DNA of 62,955 nt, filler included, from Atractiella rhizophila (GCA_021432655.1; 9 parts of 9 records of this genome joined end to end with filler, not necessarily neighbours in it); one strand, 5' to 3'; counted from the first letter of the whole stretch, positions 1 to 12,400 are shown. The notes: generated by a model not told the origin, from the letters alone. Numbers and translations: made by a program.

Positions 1-25
1 GACAAGTGTCTAGGCAAGCAGAAAG

Positions 26-1516
26 ATGGCCACCAAGCAAGCCACCCGGCGCCTGCAGAAGGAGTACGCCGCTATGCAGTCCTCTTCGCCTCCTTACGTC
101 TTCGCACGGCCAGACGAATCCAAGTGAGTCCTTGTAGTTCCTCTCGGCTTCCCCGGCAACGGGAAGACAAGAAGAAGACGCTGATCATGATGATCTGAAT
201 CCAGCATCCTCGAGTGGCACTACCTCCTCCGCGGTCCGCCCTCCGCATACGAGGGCGGCGAGTACTATGGCATTCTCATCTTTCCACCGGAGTATCCGTT
301 CAAGCCTCCAGGCATAAAGATGTTCACGCCTTCCGGGAGGTTCGCTTGCGACAAGAAGATATGCACGAGCATGAGCGACTATCATCCCGGCACTTGGAAT
401 CCAGCTTGGAGCGTCGCTACCATGTATGTCTACCTCAGTCCTTTCATTTCAACGATGTCGTCAATATGACTTGTGCCATTCTCATTCAATTGATCGTTGA
501 TGGTGGATAGATTGACGGGACTGCTCAGCTTCATGCTAAGTGAGGAAATGACCACGGGTTCAGTCAAGACTAGTGATGCGGATAGGAGGATTCTAGCTGC
601 TCGAAGTCATGCTTGGAATTTGTGAGTGTTCCTTTCTTCCTCTGTTATATTTGGGTCGGGAATATTGCAAAGGGAAGGCTCACATGGCGCAGAGAAAGAA
701 TGGCCCAATATTGGCTCTTCGCTCTACTGGGAAGTCGCGTTGCCTTCTATACAAGATTGCAAGCGTACTCTCCGTTTCCTGCCCCCTGTTCTAGTCCAAA
801 CGCGTCTGCTCACGTCCTCTGGACCAAATGACGTAGAGTCAGAGCGCGGTGATGAGGGTGGCCATGCTCAGAAGCCACCTCATCATGTTGAAACGTAACT
901 TGTCTGAGATTCCTCTCAAGCGTTGGATCCCAACAACGATCCATGCAACCCATTCAAAATCGGTCTTCCTGGCGTTCCTCTTTTCTCCATACTTTTCTAT
1001 GAGAGTTACGAGCAAATAATAAAAATTGCCATGTTGCCGATTCCTGTTTCTTTTCATAGTTCATAACCATGTTTGGCAACAATGCCACAATTCAGTTTAC
1101 CACCATCAAGTTCCACTATTTCTATAGCATTACAGTCTCTGACAACTCTACTCTTTGATTGAATCCCTTTCACATTCTGTCCAACGAACACCATCTGACC
1201 TGTTCACCTCAGAGCCCACCCAAAATTCGTGGCAATGTTCCCAGAGTACGCCACACCAGAGCCTGTCGACCTACCCAACATGGGTGATCCTCCCGCTCCC
1301 GCACCTCCCACATCCACCACCACCACCGCCGCCGCCTTTCGCAACGACCCCACTGGCCTGCCGGCCCCAGCACCACCGCGTGAAGCACCACGAACGCGAC
1401 GGGATCGTGAACGAGAAGCAAACCTGGAACGGTTTCGAGAAGGAGGGAGCGGGTACGCCGTATGGGCGGTCGTCCTTGTTATTGCCAGCCTGTTGGCTGT
1501 CAGAGTTTTGGTATGA
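26..1516 (+). CDS. UBC6: Tail-anchored ER ubiquitin-conjugating enzyme E2 (Ubc6/UBE2J2 type), spliced
   Basis: The spliced read gives MATKQATRRLQKEY...ILEWHYLLRGPP...YPFKPPGIKMFTPSGRF...KICTSMSDYHPGTWNPAWSV...ILTGLLSFM...SHAWNL|AHPKFVAMFPEY, with a C-terminal hydrophobic anchor YAVWAVVLVIASLLAVRVLV*. The third intron is 622-1212. Confidence 0.93.
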
Positions 1517-1729
1517 TATTGGATCGAGGGGTAAAGGAGGCTTGTAGGATTTATTTGATTATGTCGTGCGCATTGGTAGTCTTCGAGTACCACATTTTAT
1601 TAGATAACAACATAATGAACTTGAACAACATGTCACGGATGACGAAGCACGAATGTAATTGCTGCTGAAAGACGAAGAAAGCACGAAGCCCATGTTGTGG
1701 GCGGGATTAACAAGAAGAGCTGCCATTTC

Positions 1730-4381
1730 TTAGTCCTCCTCCATGTCACCATCACTGCTGGCAGCTTTTCTCATCGTCTGCGCAGCTCGTGTCGGCTTTC
1801 GCCGCTTCTTTGTACCTTCTTCATTCTCAGCGCCCTTTCCGTTTGCCTTCTTCTTCGTGGATTTGCTTCGACTCGAGTTCTCCTCTTCTTCCCCCTCTGA
1901 GGTAACTGGCGTGGCTAGAGTTTTTGGCCCCTTCCTTGCACCCGCATCTGACACCTTAGCCTTCTTCTCTGTCGACGAGGTCGTCTTACTCGTCCGGCGC
2001 TTCTTGCTGGCTGGCTCTTCCTCCTCATCGACTTCACTGAGAGGAGATGATTCCCGTCCATCCTTCACTCCTTCGTCCACGTCCATCTTATTCTAGCACA
2101 ACACTGAATCAAACATCATTGCTTGAAGCTTAAACAAACCTCATCCTTCCGAGCTTCCCGTCGTTCACTCCTTTGTGCTCTCGTCAACGATGTTGGTTTC
2201 TCCTTTGGCAGCTTCACCGTCTCTTCATCGACATCTTCTGCCTCGCTTGTAGACGGTGATCCAAGCTCGTCCTCGTCGGACCATCTCTCCCGTTTCCGTT
2301 TCCTGCTCGAAGATCTCTTCCGCTCTCTCTTCTCTCTCGGCTTCCTCTCCTTCGGTGTTTTGTCTTTGGGGGTGCGCATTTTCTAAAGACAAGGCGCGTT
2401 AGATTCGACAGTTAATCGGTGACGGAACAATGAACCTTAGGTTTGACTTCTGCCCTCAGTGGCTTGTTGATAGGACCGATTTCTTTGATTGCTTCGTCCG
2501 TTAAATAGGTTCGTTTCGCAATCTAGAAGAGGGTCAGCCGAGCAGATTGCAGAAGCCAAACGTTACCTGTTGCGCAAGCTCTTTTGACGCCAACGGCTTG
2601 AAAATGTCTGGAGGCAACTTGACGGAACCAGGAAAAGAGGGCATGTTCCAGTTGTGCTGCTTTGCTACCATCCGCGCGACATGTTGAGCAAGCTCTGCGA
2701 GGACGTACAGATTCTATATCAAGACATCCATTAAAAAATCGTTTAGTGAAGAGAAAACCGCACCTCGCTATACTCGCCAGACTCCCGGTCAGCAACCGTC
2801 TTCAGTTTGGAGCAGAGGTGGAAGAGGAAGGACATGTTTTCGCTGTTGCCAACAGTGTTGATATAAAACTCGAGATACCTTCCCGAAGATAGTTAAGCAA
2901 GGTCAAAAAGAAATCAGGTAGCGTACTTTACAAAATTCGCCAGGTCTTCAGGGTCGGACGTGAAGTCAGGATGATGAGCGAGAAGGTGAAGGAGGCGGAC
3001 GAAGATGAATTCAAAGTTTTCTACCCTGACACGAGACGTCATGGTCGCCATGCGTGCCCGTATCGAATTGCGAGCCTAGAATTTCATTAGCTTATAGAAA
3101 CACATTGAGAGGTTGATATACTAATTGGATTATCTCTTCTTCCGGATCATGGGCTACCAAAAACAGAATAATGTTGTAATGAGGCTTGGTGATCCTTCGG
3201 CGTGAAAAATATTTCGCCAGTTTCTGAATGAAAGCGAAGCGGAGCTCAAAGCAGCTATCCTATTTCGCCAACTTAATGTTAAACCACAGGGACAGGAGAG
3301 GAGACCCGACGAACCTGAGCCACCATGCATAGACTTATGAAATTCGACATGAGAAGTCGTTCCAGCGCGGGAACTGCAGCAAATTTGAGTAAACCCTTCG
3401 CTGATTCGAGTCGAAGACGGGATTCCATGGCTTGACTGGAAACATTGTCAGCTTGCGGAAGCTGGGAAAGGCGACCTACTTGTGCTGCGCCTTCAAAGTT
3501 GTTGCCGACTTCGGGTCAATCAGAGACCATAACATCTTCAAGATGGAGGCTGTCACTTGAGCGACGTCTTCTGAGTTGGCGTAGGAGATACATCGATTGA
3601 TCAGGACCTTTAGACCAACAAGACGTGCGCGAGCGATATCTGAAAGCTCGCTCTCTTCAACCCAGTCCAGCTCCCACTGAGGCTGTTTTCACATTAGCAC
3701 CGGGAAAACGATGGTGAAAGGCTATACCTCATCCGGTAACGTCGACATGAGAAGGTTCTTGACAATGAAGGTAGTAATAACGTCGCTTTTGATCTCAAAA
3801 CAGTTCGGAGCATGCTTCACAATCCGTGCTAAAGCATACAGATGAGCGACCAGTTGTTGTCCGCCATTCTCGTCAAGGCCGTCAGTTAGATTCTACTTTT
3901 CATTAGACTTTGCGGCAGATGTGAATGCTGACATACCTCTACGAGATTTTCACACTTGGTAACTCGAGCTTGATCCATGGCAAGAATGGTAGCAGCAAAT
4001 TTCGCCTGGACCGGTGAATCCAACATTGCGATCTTCATCGCCTTATCGAATATGCGCCTACAAAGACGTTCATTCAGTTCACAAAGACCTTTTGAGAGTC
4101 AATTCCATACTTGTCATTTGTAAGAGCTTGACTGTCCTCTTTTGCGAGCTCACTCAGAGCGTGCAAACAGGTCTCCCATCACCATCTTGTTGTCTTCATC
4201 TGCCATCGCCTTTGCTAATTCGCTAATATGTGATTTGAACAGAGCCGGGCAGTTCTTCGCTGCATAATTGAGCAGCTCACGTGCAGATGCAGCTGTCTGC
4301 TCATTCCCGGATTGTTTTTGGAGGCGTTTAATTAAAGTCGGTATGGAGGACCGGTTAAGAATGAAGAGCGAGCAACGGCGA
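1730..4381 (-). CDS. PDS5: Sister chromatid cohesion protein Pds5, 3' portion (5' truncated by contig end), multi-exon
   Basis: Minus-strand exons read RLRLESAKGLLKFA, LRFAFIQKLAKYF...HYNIILFLVAHDPEEE and LLAHHPDF, which match Pds5 C-terminal HEAT-region motifs. They are followed by a K/R/E-rich low-complexity tail ending DMEED* at 1730. Confidence 0.82.
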
Positions 4382-4481
4382 NNNNNNNNNNNNNNNNNNN
4401 NNNNNNNNNNNNNNNNNNNNNNNNNTTAATTAATTAANNNNNNNNNNNNNNNNNNNNNNNNNNNNNNNNNNNNNNNNNNNN
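4382..4481. other. Artificial contig linker (N44-TTAATTAATTAA-N44)
   Basis: 100-nt spacer whose core has stops in all six frames. It recurs identically eight times in the window. Confidence 0.97.
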
Positions 4482-4779
4482 GAAAATTGGTTGCACAATC
4501 ATTGAATGCTTTCTCCTTGAATCCACCTTGAGGGTGATCTCCAGAGGTCCAGATGGCGTCAAGAGTGCCAATGAGAATCTGTTCATCCATAGCCGACCAG
4601 ATGGCCTTTTCAGTCTTCCGTTCCTTCTTATAGGCTGGAGTTCCTGAATTGGCCATACTAGTGCTCTGTTTGGCCATTGATCTTGCGTGTCGCATGTCGT
4701 AGGAAGGAGGAGTGCTGAGTGCTGAGTGTGGTTTGCTGCACAAATTGGGAACGGATGTTGAGGAGGCTGCTTTAGGCAT
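4482..4779 (-). CDS. Myb/SANT-like DNA-binding protein of a PIF/Harbinger element (3' truncated)
   Basis: KAIWSAMDEQILIGTLDAIWTSGDHPQGGFKEKAF fits the W-x3-E-x2-L...G-F-K pattern of Harbinger-associated Myb/SANT ORFs. It lies about 360 nt inside a Harbinger-type terminus. Confidence 0.7.
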
Positions 4780-5145
4780 TTGGAGGGAGACTGAAGAGAG
4801 ACATGGTCTCTATGACAGGACAGCGTCCTACCGGGGAGACTTCCGATGATTGTCAGAAAGGAGAGGGGAAGCTGTTTGGTTGGAGGCAGTGCTGATCATG
4901 GGGCAGTCCGAAACATGTCCGGTTGTTCTTACAGCAATGAAATCACAAATTTGGGATCGAAATACAGCTCCAAGGCTCGATTTCGATTTTTCGAATCCTG
5001 GCTAGGGTGAATTGCAATTCGCAGATTTGTGAATTGCAATTTTCGGCAGCCAAATGGTACCGTGAATTGCCTGATTAGGGTCCAATTCACGTCCAATTCA
5101 CCCCAGCCAAAATTTCAAACTTGGAAGTTGCCAAACAGGCTCTTA
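4482..5145 (-). mobile_element. One end of a PIF/Harbinger DNA transposon (TIR plus TTA/TAA target site)
   Basis: The minus strand reads TAA|GAGCCTGTTTGGCAAC (TIR ending at 5142, TTA at 5143-5145), similar to PIF/Tourist GGGCCTGTTTGG termini. Subterminal GTGAATTG/CAATTCAC repeats lie at 5000-5110, and there is an internal Myb/SANT ORF. The other end is beyond the contig. Confidence 0.7.
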
Positions 5146-5728
5146 GAATCAGTTTTCCTTCTGACAATCATCATAGGATAAACCTGTTCGATGCTCTGGT
5201 TGTGAGAGTTTACCCAGCTAGTGTGGGTGGTGGTGGACTCTTTCATTCAAGCATTGTAACCGTTATTCTTACCTGGATTTGTCATTCTCATCCACCATCT
5301 GCTGCTTCCGTGATATCCGGATTCCAGTAGCTCATGACCCGAAGTCCCTACCACCAGAAAAATTCGAGAAACATCCCACCTCCAGACCAGTGTTTGTTTG
5401 AATCTAAGAAGATAAATTTGTTTCAGGTCCTCATCTCCTAAGGATAGACTAAATGTCCAGAACACAATCTCAAATACCAATGGTTATCCTCCCCAACTCT
5501 GGGACTAGACACCGTGCTTGTATCAGCGGCATGGTTGGGAACTCACTGACACCTTCAGGTTGAATCATGAGCTCTCCATCGGTGGTTCAAATGAGCGCTC
5601 CATCGTCTAGGAGGAACAAGATCCTCTCCACCAAATTCAAGATTTCACCAGGACCGTAACACATGTGACCCATTAGCAATTTCAGAATGAAAGGACAAAC
5701 CTTTGTCATTGTCAATGTCTTGACAAGC

Positions 5729-8700
5729 AGTGCTTGCACCATCTCCGTCTCTATCGCTGCTCCGTGAACTTGTTTCGTTCGGAGGGACGGAGACGATTGT
5801 AAGAGCATTGATCTGGCGGAAGGGGGTAGGAGAGTTTCGGATGTGCTGTTCCAGTGTTTGGTCTATAACAAAGCGATGAGGGGATAAGATAGGCACTCTG
5901 GGCCACAAAGGACTGACCGCCTGATTCGAGCGGCTGGACAATCATCCAAACAGCAATGTGTTGGAAGGTCGTGTACTTGGTTTTCCAAAAAGCCGGTGGG
6001 GTGTCCATATAGACCGCCATTCAAGATTGTCTCAGAACACATTAAAAGAAGTGTATTCTTTCTCTGTAGGGAATCTCTTCAGCTGGTGCAGATTTGTTCT
6101 CAAATGGCATGCACGTTTGGAAGACAAATTGCCTATAGCAGTGGCACTTGTTGCCTTGGACTTCTGGAATCAAGTCGGTTTGTTTCCCCAGGTTACCGAA
6201 CAACGACTACATTACCTTCATTTAGTTGGGGCAAGAATCGAACGTCTGTTGATTGCAGCTGGCAAACTAGAAGATGCTGCCGAAGATGCATTGGATCAGG
6301 ACTTTCTGCCTCCTGAAGGAGCAGAGCGATTGAGCATGGAGCCTGAAGAGGAGTGCAGTGATAAGGCAGAGGTGGAGATGAATCAGGCAACAGCAGATGC
6401 ATTGAAGGAGAATCGGAAGCCGGATGGGTTGAATGGAAAGACAAGGAAGGAGAAGAAGCGTGAGAAGGAGAAAAAGAAGAAGAAGAGAAGAAAGTTGGCT
6501 AATGGGCATGGTCATGAGGTGAGTCCCATCTCCTAATACCGTAATATGTCCCTGAAAGCTTGCCTGTGAACAGACTTGTACGGATCAGGACGAGTCATCA
6601 ACAGGAAGGGATCCCCAGGATCCCAGCAATGGTGCTAAGCGGAAGGTACATCCATTCCACCTTAATGTTATTTGATAAGCACTAGAGTCAATACTTACAT
6701 TGAACAAACAGAAAACAGTTGCACGAGAAGTTACACCTCGAGGAAAGGCAAATATCAAGATGTTCTACAATGTGCTGGATGACCATTCCTTACTCTCGAA
6801 GAAAGTCATTACGAACAACTTCGGCAAAGGCCGTGGAATCCTCCCTAGCGATCGCATCTTCAAATGCATCAAATGTAATTAAGTTCCTTCGTCAGACGAA
6901 ATCTCAGAAATATAACTACGACGGCCTTATTCGACACACTGAGAGTCATGGCTCAGCTTGGTCAAAGTGTTTTGCACCTCTTTGAGCGGTAGAGGAGGGA
7001 GAGGAGTTCAATGAGTCGGATCTTCAATTTGCCAATGGAGATATGACCATTGGGGAGTACTTGAGAAGGAGAAAGGGCACCAATGCGGTTTCAGAATAGG
7101 CTCGGCCAAAGAGGATGGGTTGAAGATGACTCGCAATGAGGGCGAGGTGGGTCTCCTTCTTTCCTTCATCATGTGAAAGAACTGAAATCTCACAATGCTA
7201 CTATCAGTCCATAATTCCAGAACGTCTCAAATACCTCGCAGCGTGATGGATGGCCGCCAGCAGGCAGCCATTTACTGAGTTCGACTCGCCAGAGCTACAA
7301 GACTTGTTCACCTATCTTCATGGGACTTTCTTTGCTCTGCCCAGCTCTTCAATCGTCCGAAGGATAGCTGACAAGTGTGCAGAAAACCTTGGCAGTAATC
7401 TTACGATGTACTTTCGGGTATTTGCTGTTTCTTTATACCAACTCCACGTTCTAATAAGACTTGTAGGAAATGGCAAGTGCAGCTCTGTTGCTCTGTCTGT
7501 GGACAACTGGACATCATCAAATAACATCGCTTTTCATGCTATATGCTGCCATTTTGTTGACAAGAATGGGAAACTGGTCACGGCCTTGCTTGACTTTGTG
7601 GAGCTCACAGGCAAGCGTTCTGGCATAAGAATGGCTCAGGTACTTTATGAAGCTTTGAAAGTGCAAGGTTTGCAATACAAGGTAAGTCGTCCCATTACTT
7701 TTGCTAGAATAGCGACTGACCATCCTTGGTCTGAGATTAGATCAGCGTCATCATGTCAGATAATGCAAGCTCTAATGATACCATGATGGAAGAGCTTGAA
7801 CAGTTATTCGAGGCAGATGGTATCACCTTTCCAGCTGACAAAAGAAGAGGACGATGCCTCCCACATATTGTACACCTCGCTGCATTAGCCCTCTTGAATT
7901 CCATTGGCGCTTGGCCTACAAAAGCGACAGAAAAGCTGCCTGGACTCCGCCTGTGCAAACCAGCACCAAATCCTCTGCTATTCCAATGCCACCATCTGCA
8001 GACACCTCTCGTGTTGCTCCAACTACGGCTCTGGAGGACAGCAATGATCTTCCAGAACTCGTGCCGGTTGATGACAAAGACAAGGATCAAAGGAACCACG
8101 TACCGTATCAAGAAGTTATCCCAATGTCAATAGTAGCCACCAGCAATGGTATGGAGGCGGTCTTAGATGGGTATAAGGCTACAGAAGGTGAATTCGGTAG
8201 GGCTGTAGATCCTGAGGAGGCAGCGGCAACTTCTCTGATATGGGAGGCAAATGGTGACCTTGGCACTGCGATCCAACATGTGCCGTTTCTTTCTATTGCT
8301 ACATTGAAGTTAGGGCTTTGGCTGAAGACACATGGGGACAGCTGTGAATGATTGTCAAATGTGCCCCCTTGTCTCCGCAAAAGAAAGAGGTATGGTTTAA
8401 ACTCCTAGGATCAGCATTGGCAACCAGCGATGAAGCAGAAAAAGGGCATATTCTCGATGTGCGGACACGCTGGTCTTCAACATGGAACATGTTGAAGCAC
8501 GCTCTGCTTTTCCGCGAAGCTGTTGACGACTTCTCTTGTTGGATGATTTGAAAGGAGTGCGACTGGGTAGCGTCAACTGGAAAGCTATCGAATTGGTGGC
8601 AACATGGCTGGAAGAATTTGCGGAGGTCACGGCTCTCATATCTTCTACCTCTGATGTTACGATCAGTAGTGTCATCCTCCTCTTTGCCGGTTTGTTTGAA

Positions 8701-9414
8701 AAGCTGGAAAAAGTGATGGCCACTCTTCCTCTCCGAACTCTGCAGCCGGTAAAGGATGGACTTAGGAAAGCTCATCAGAAGCTTGGTAAGTATTACAGTA
8801 AAGCTGATTCAATTCCATATCACTATTGGGCTATCTGTGTGTCGTTTCTTCCAGCTCTTTCATTTGGGGAAATGAACAGTTTCATTGGGGAATAGTGCTT
8901 GATCCCCGGCATGGGTTAGCAACTTTTGAAGATCCTCGTTACAGTTTTGAAAGTTATCTGGTGGAGAATGCGAAAGATCTTTTGAAGACGAAGTTCAACA
9001 AAGAATGCGGTGACCTCACCTCAATCTCCACCGCAGCACCTTCCAAAGAACTTCAAAATGTTCTCCAAAGCATTAGTCACAAAGCAGAAGCTTGGCGAAC
9101 CTATCGGGAGAAGGGCTCAGATTCTCACCACGGGCACGGATCACATCCTCGATCGGTTTTGGAAACACTTACACAAGCTCCAACACCCAGAGGATGGAGT
9201 GCCAGAAGCGGACGATGATACCGACCCAATGGCATGGTGGAATCAGCAGGCAAAAGGAGGACGTTATAAAGCTTTGAGCTCCGTAGCTAGAGGCACAGGT
9301 AGAGATGTTACTTCTCTTCATCATGCTTCCCTCAAGGCGGAAACCATCCGAAAGCTGATGCTTTTGTGTTCTTGGTGGATGGTGGACTCAATGCAAGAAG
9401 GAACATTGCAATAG
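5729..9414 (+). pseudogene. Decayed hAT-family transposase (BED finger, RNase H-like DDE core, dimerisation domain) with frameshifts, stops and an internal deletion
   Basis: Motifs seen: FKCIKC...LIRHTESH (BED finger, frameshifted), LSVDNWTSSNNIAFHAICCHFVD, SDNASSN, RCLPHIVHLA (CxxH), LDVRTRWSSTWNML, KLGKYY...LDPR and DPMAWW...YKALSSVAR. The start coordinate is approximate. Confidence 0.9.
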
Positions 9415-9631
9415 CTTTTTGAGCCTTCCATTGATGCTTCTAACCAACAGATTATCACTATTGATGCAGATTGAGTCGGAGAAAGGTCTCACAGTGCATT
9501 GCACAAGCTGCTGATAACCATACTTTTCCATGATTGAAATCAATTTATTTTATGTTTAGTGTAGCGACAGCGATCTCCTCCTTCAGCACACAGTCTTTCC
9601 TGCCCATCTGAACACGCATTGTAGCCATGCA

Positions 9632-9752
9632 CCGCCCATCCCCGTCGATATAAGTTCGAGAGGTATGCGGACGGGATGTGCGGGACGGGTGTACCCTGTC
9701 CCGTCACCGTCAGAATACAAAAAAACGACGGACGGGACGGTGAAGCGCCCTA
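9632..9752 (+). mobile_element. Right terminus of the hAT element: GACGG(G) subterminal repeats and TIR ...GAAGCGCCCTA
   Basis: Clustered GACGG/CCGTC motifs end in GCGCCCTA (reverse complement TAGGGCGC..., a hAT-like TAGGG terminus), about 340 nt downstream of the transposase stop. No matching left TIR was found. Confidence 0.65.
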
Positions 9753-10159
9753 TTCTCTATTGAAAGCAACCAAAACGCATCGAGGCAGCATGGAAAACGG
9801 AAGGGGGTGAAGGAAGGAGCTGTGGAGAGACTGTCTAGCATGATTGTGACATGATTTTCAGGTACGAGGCTGGGTGGAGGGATTGGGGATGGAGATATGA
9901 AGGGAAGGCCCTCTGCGGGGACGTACAGTCCTCCAAGTGGTGCACCTCCTCCGCTTAGACAGATTGCAAGCTGGCCAAGTAGGGTTCCTTTTTCCATTCT
10001 GGGTTGATTGAACCTTCAATGTGTATGTTTGGGCTCTTTGGTTAATGTATTGTAAGATTTTAATATAATAAATATCATTCAATGAATCCACAGCATTATC
10101 GTTACTACGTCAAAAATGCACACACAACACACAACATTGTTTTCCACAGCAGTCAGGAC

Positions 10160-12400
10160 AGATGGATATTCTCCTTAGTCTGAATTGGAGCCTTCACTTC
10201 CATCATCCATCTCTTCGTCAGCATCAACTTCGTAATCAAAATCTATATCTTCCTCATCCTGTTCATGCCTCAGTCCATTGACAACCCTGTGAACCCTATT
10301 CATTCTGTCCTGCTCCTGTGCCTGCTTGGCCATCGTCTGTCTTCTCCCGCATCGTCGTCCTCATCATTACTTTCTTCTTCCTCAGCCAAATCAATCCATT
10401 CTCCCCCCATTGGGATGTTGTAAGCCGCATCAAGGTCCCCGCTTTTGTACTCCTGGATATAATTTGCAAGTTCTGCTTGCTGCTGCTCTGTGAAGAAGTC
10501 GGGATAATGAAGGTTGAAGTCAGAGGTGAACTCAGCATTTAAGCGTGTGCGGGTGCTGGGAGGAAGACTATTGTAGACAGATGGAGAGAAAATGTACACA
10601 AGGACTTTGTTGTTCATTTTGACCGCGTCTGTGGCGTTTTTGGTACCAGAGGCAGAAGAGGAGGCAGGCAAGACTTTGACTTCTCCCCTTGACGATCTGT
10701 AGGAAGAATCCGGAGCGTTGGCTTTCGGCGAGATCATTTTTCGTAGGACTGAGCTTCTAACTGTCTGTCATCGAAGAAGCGAAAAACCAGATCCCAAACA
10801 TCTGAGCGGAAAAATTTAGTTTTGATCTCATAACCTCCATTATTAAGATCCCCATCATCTGAGGTCAAGTCGTAGTTGCCTACAAGTGTGACAAACCATT
10901 CAGGAAACTGATTAGCATCCACAAACTCTTTGCGGACTTGGGCAAACTTTCGATCTTGAAGTGAGTATTCTCCAGCTGAAATAACCAAGTAACACACTCG
11001 ATTTCTTCTCTTCCAGATTGCCTCATTAGCAATATCCTCTGTAATACTGCCTCCCTGATCTTTAATCTTCACGAACATGCGTTTAAACCTTTTATGGACA
11101 ATCGAGTCATACGCTGCCACTAAGAAACTGTCGTTTCTGAGCCTTTCAGGATCTGGCATTAACTTGAAGAAGGCATTAGCTGAGACCAAGGCTTTCATGA
11201 CAGTGAGAAAAGACAAAGTGATGTGCACAATTATGCACTGAAAATGCTTCTTCCCTGAGATTGGGATTAAATTTGGTGAGACCGAAGTCCGCCAAAATTG
11301 TTCTCACAAATCCAAAGACGCTATCTGGAATCTTGTTTAGGCCTGGCACCATTTTCTTGCCTCGAAATGCAGGTTTGCTGCCAGTTGGTAGGCGTTTGGA
11401 AAGCAACTTCTTCTGGTGAAATGAGTGGAGTGCCTTGGTGCCGTGCAACATCAAAGATGTCATCGATGTCGGAAATTTTGTGGTTGAATGCTGTCCATTC
11501 CTCAAATACAACCTCTTCAAAAGTCATGTCGCCAAACGGAAGTCCTCCAAGGACACACACCAAAAGGTCTACTGCTTTCTATTCCAAGGTATGTTAAATA
11601 AGTATTCTAGCATATATGAGAGATATGTGAGACACATGCAATTGCAGAAGCTCGTCTTCGGCCACCTAGGATATCCGGGTGAGCTGAGAGAGGATATTTG
11701 GCAATTTGCATCTGCACCTGATGTGCTGCAAAATGTTTGTGAGTGGCTGTGTCTTCGAGCAGAGCTGGTACGAGCAGAGCGTGGAGATGATTCTGGTGTA
11801 GGCAGTTGAGGCGTATGATCTCGGCTGTAGGTGGATGCAGAGGGGGGAGGGAAACAAGTGCGGCGTGGAGGGGGCATTGCTCCAAACGAAGCAGCAAAAG
11901 CCAGGGATGGTCGAGGAGAAGGCGCCATAGGTGGGGTAGACGACGTTCCTGATGTTGTTGCAGATGTTGTACACTCTTGTACTTTTAAGCTAGATGATGC
12001 GGTTCCACTAGAACTGGATGGACCTGTGAACAAAGCGCCTACGATCAAAACCACTTCAAAAGGAAAGAAAACAAATTAAGTACCGTCTTCAATTCCCTCC
12101 ATAGACTCTGGACCTTCTTCTACAATTGGCTGAAGCTGTGAACCTGAACTTGGCACTGAAGAAGAATCTGTTGCATTCATTCGCTGATCACTTGTTCCAG
12201 GGCTCACATTATTCTCCTGGCTATGACAAAGTTGTTCCTGCTGTTGAAGAAGTAAGCCTCTAACTAAATTAGTAAGCTCTTCGACCTGACGACTGAGATG
12301 TTGATTGTCGTTAAGAAGGCAACGGTTCTCTAACTCAATAGGTTCAAGAGGGGAAGAGGCAAATGTTAAAACTATAATGCCGTGAGCTTGTACCAACTTG
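10160..12400 (-). pseudogene. Decayed TE-associated uncharacterised protein (basidiomycete multicopy family; possibly a CACTA/EnSpm accessory ORF)
   Basis: Fragmented frames read IPDSVFGFVRTILADFGLTKFNPNLREEAFSVHN / ALVSANAFFKLMPD...LVAAYDSIVH...AIWKRRNR...SDDGD...FRSD...FRFFD, with an acidic tail. From memory this resembles a repeat-associated family of rusts and agarics. Several frame breaks are present. Confidence 0.5.

Noticed and set aside
849..907. Box C (GTGATGA) and box D (CTGA) pair in the UBC6 intron suggesting a C/D snoRNA
   Set aside because: The span is short, box C is buried in a strong hairpin, there is no terminal stem, and I recognise no rRNA-complementary guide.
1065..1080. 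TGTTTGGCAAC in the UBC6 intron shared with the Harbinger TIR
   Set aside because: It is an 11-nt match with no partner inverted repeat or target duplication, compatible with chance.
4426..4437. Regularly spaced TTAATTAATTAA repeats (about every 8.5 kb)
   Set aside because: They are embedded in N runs and are an artificial six-frame-stop linker, not a biological repeat or CRISPR.
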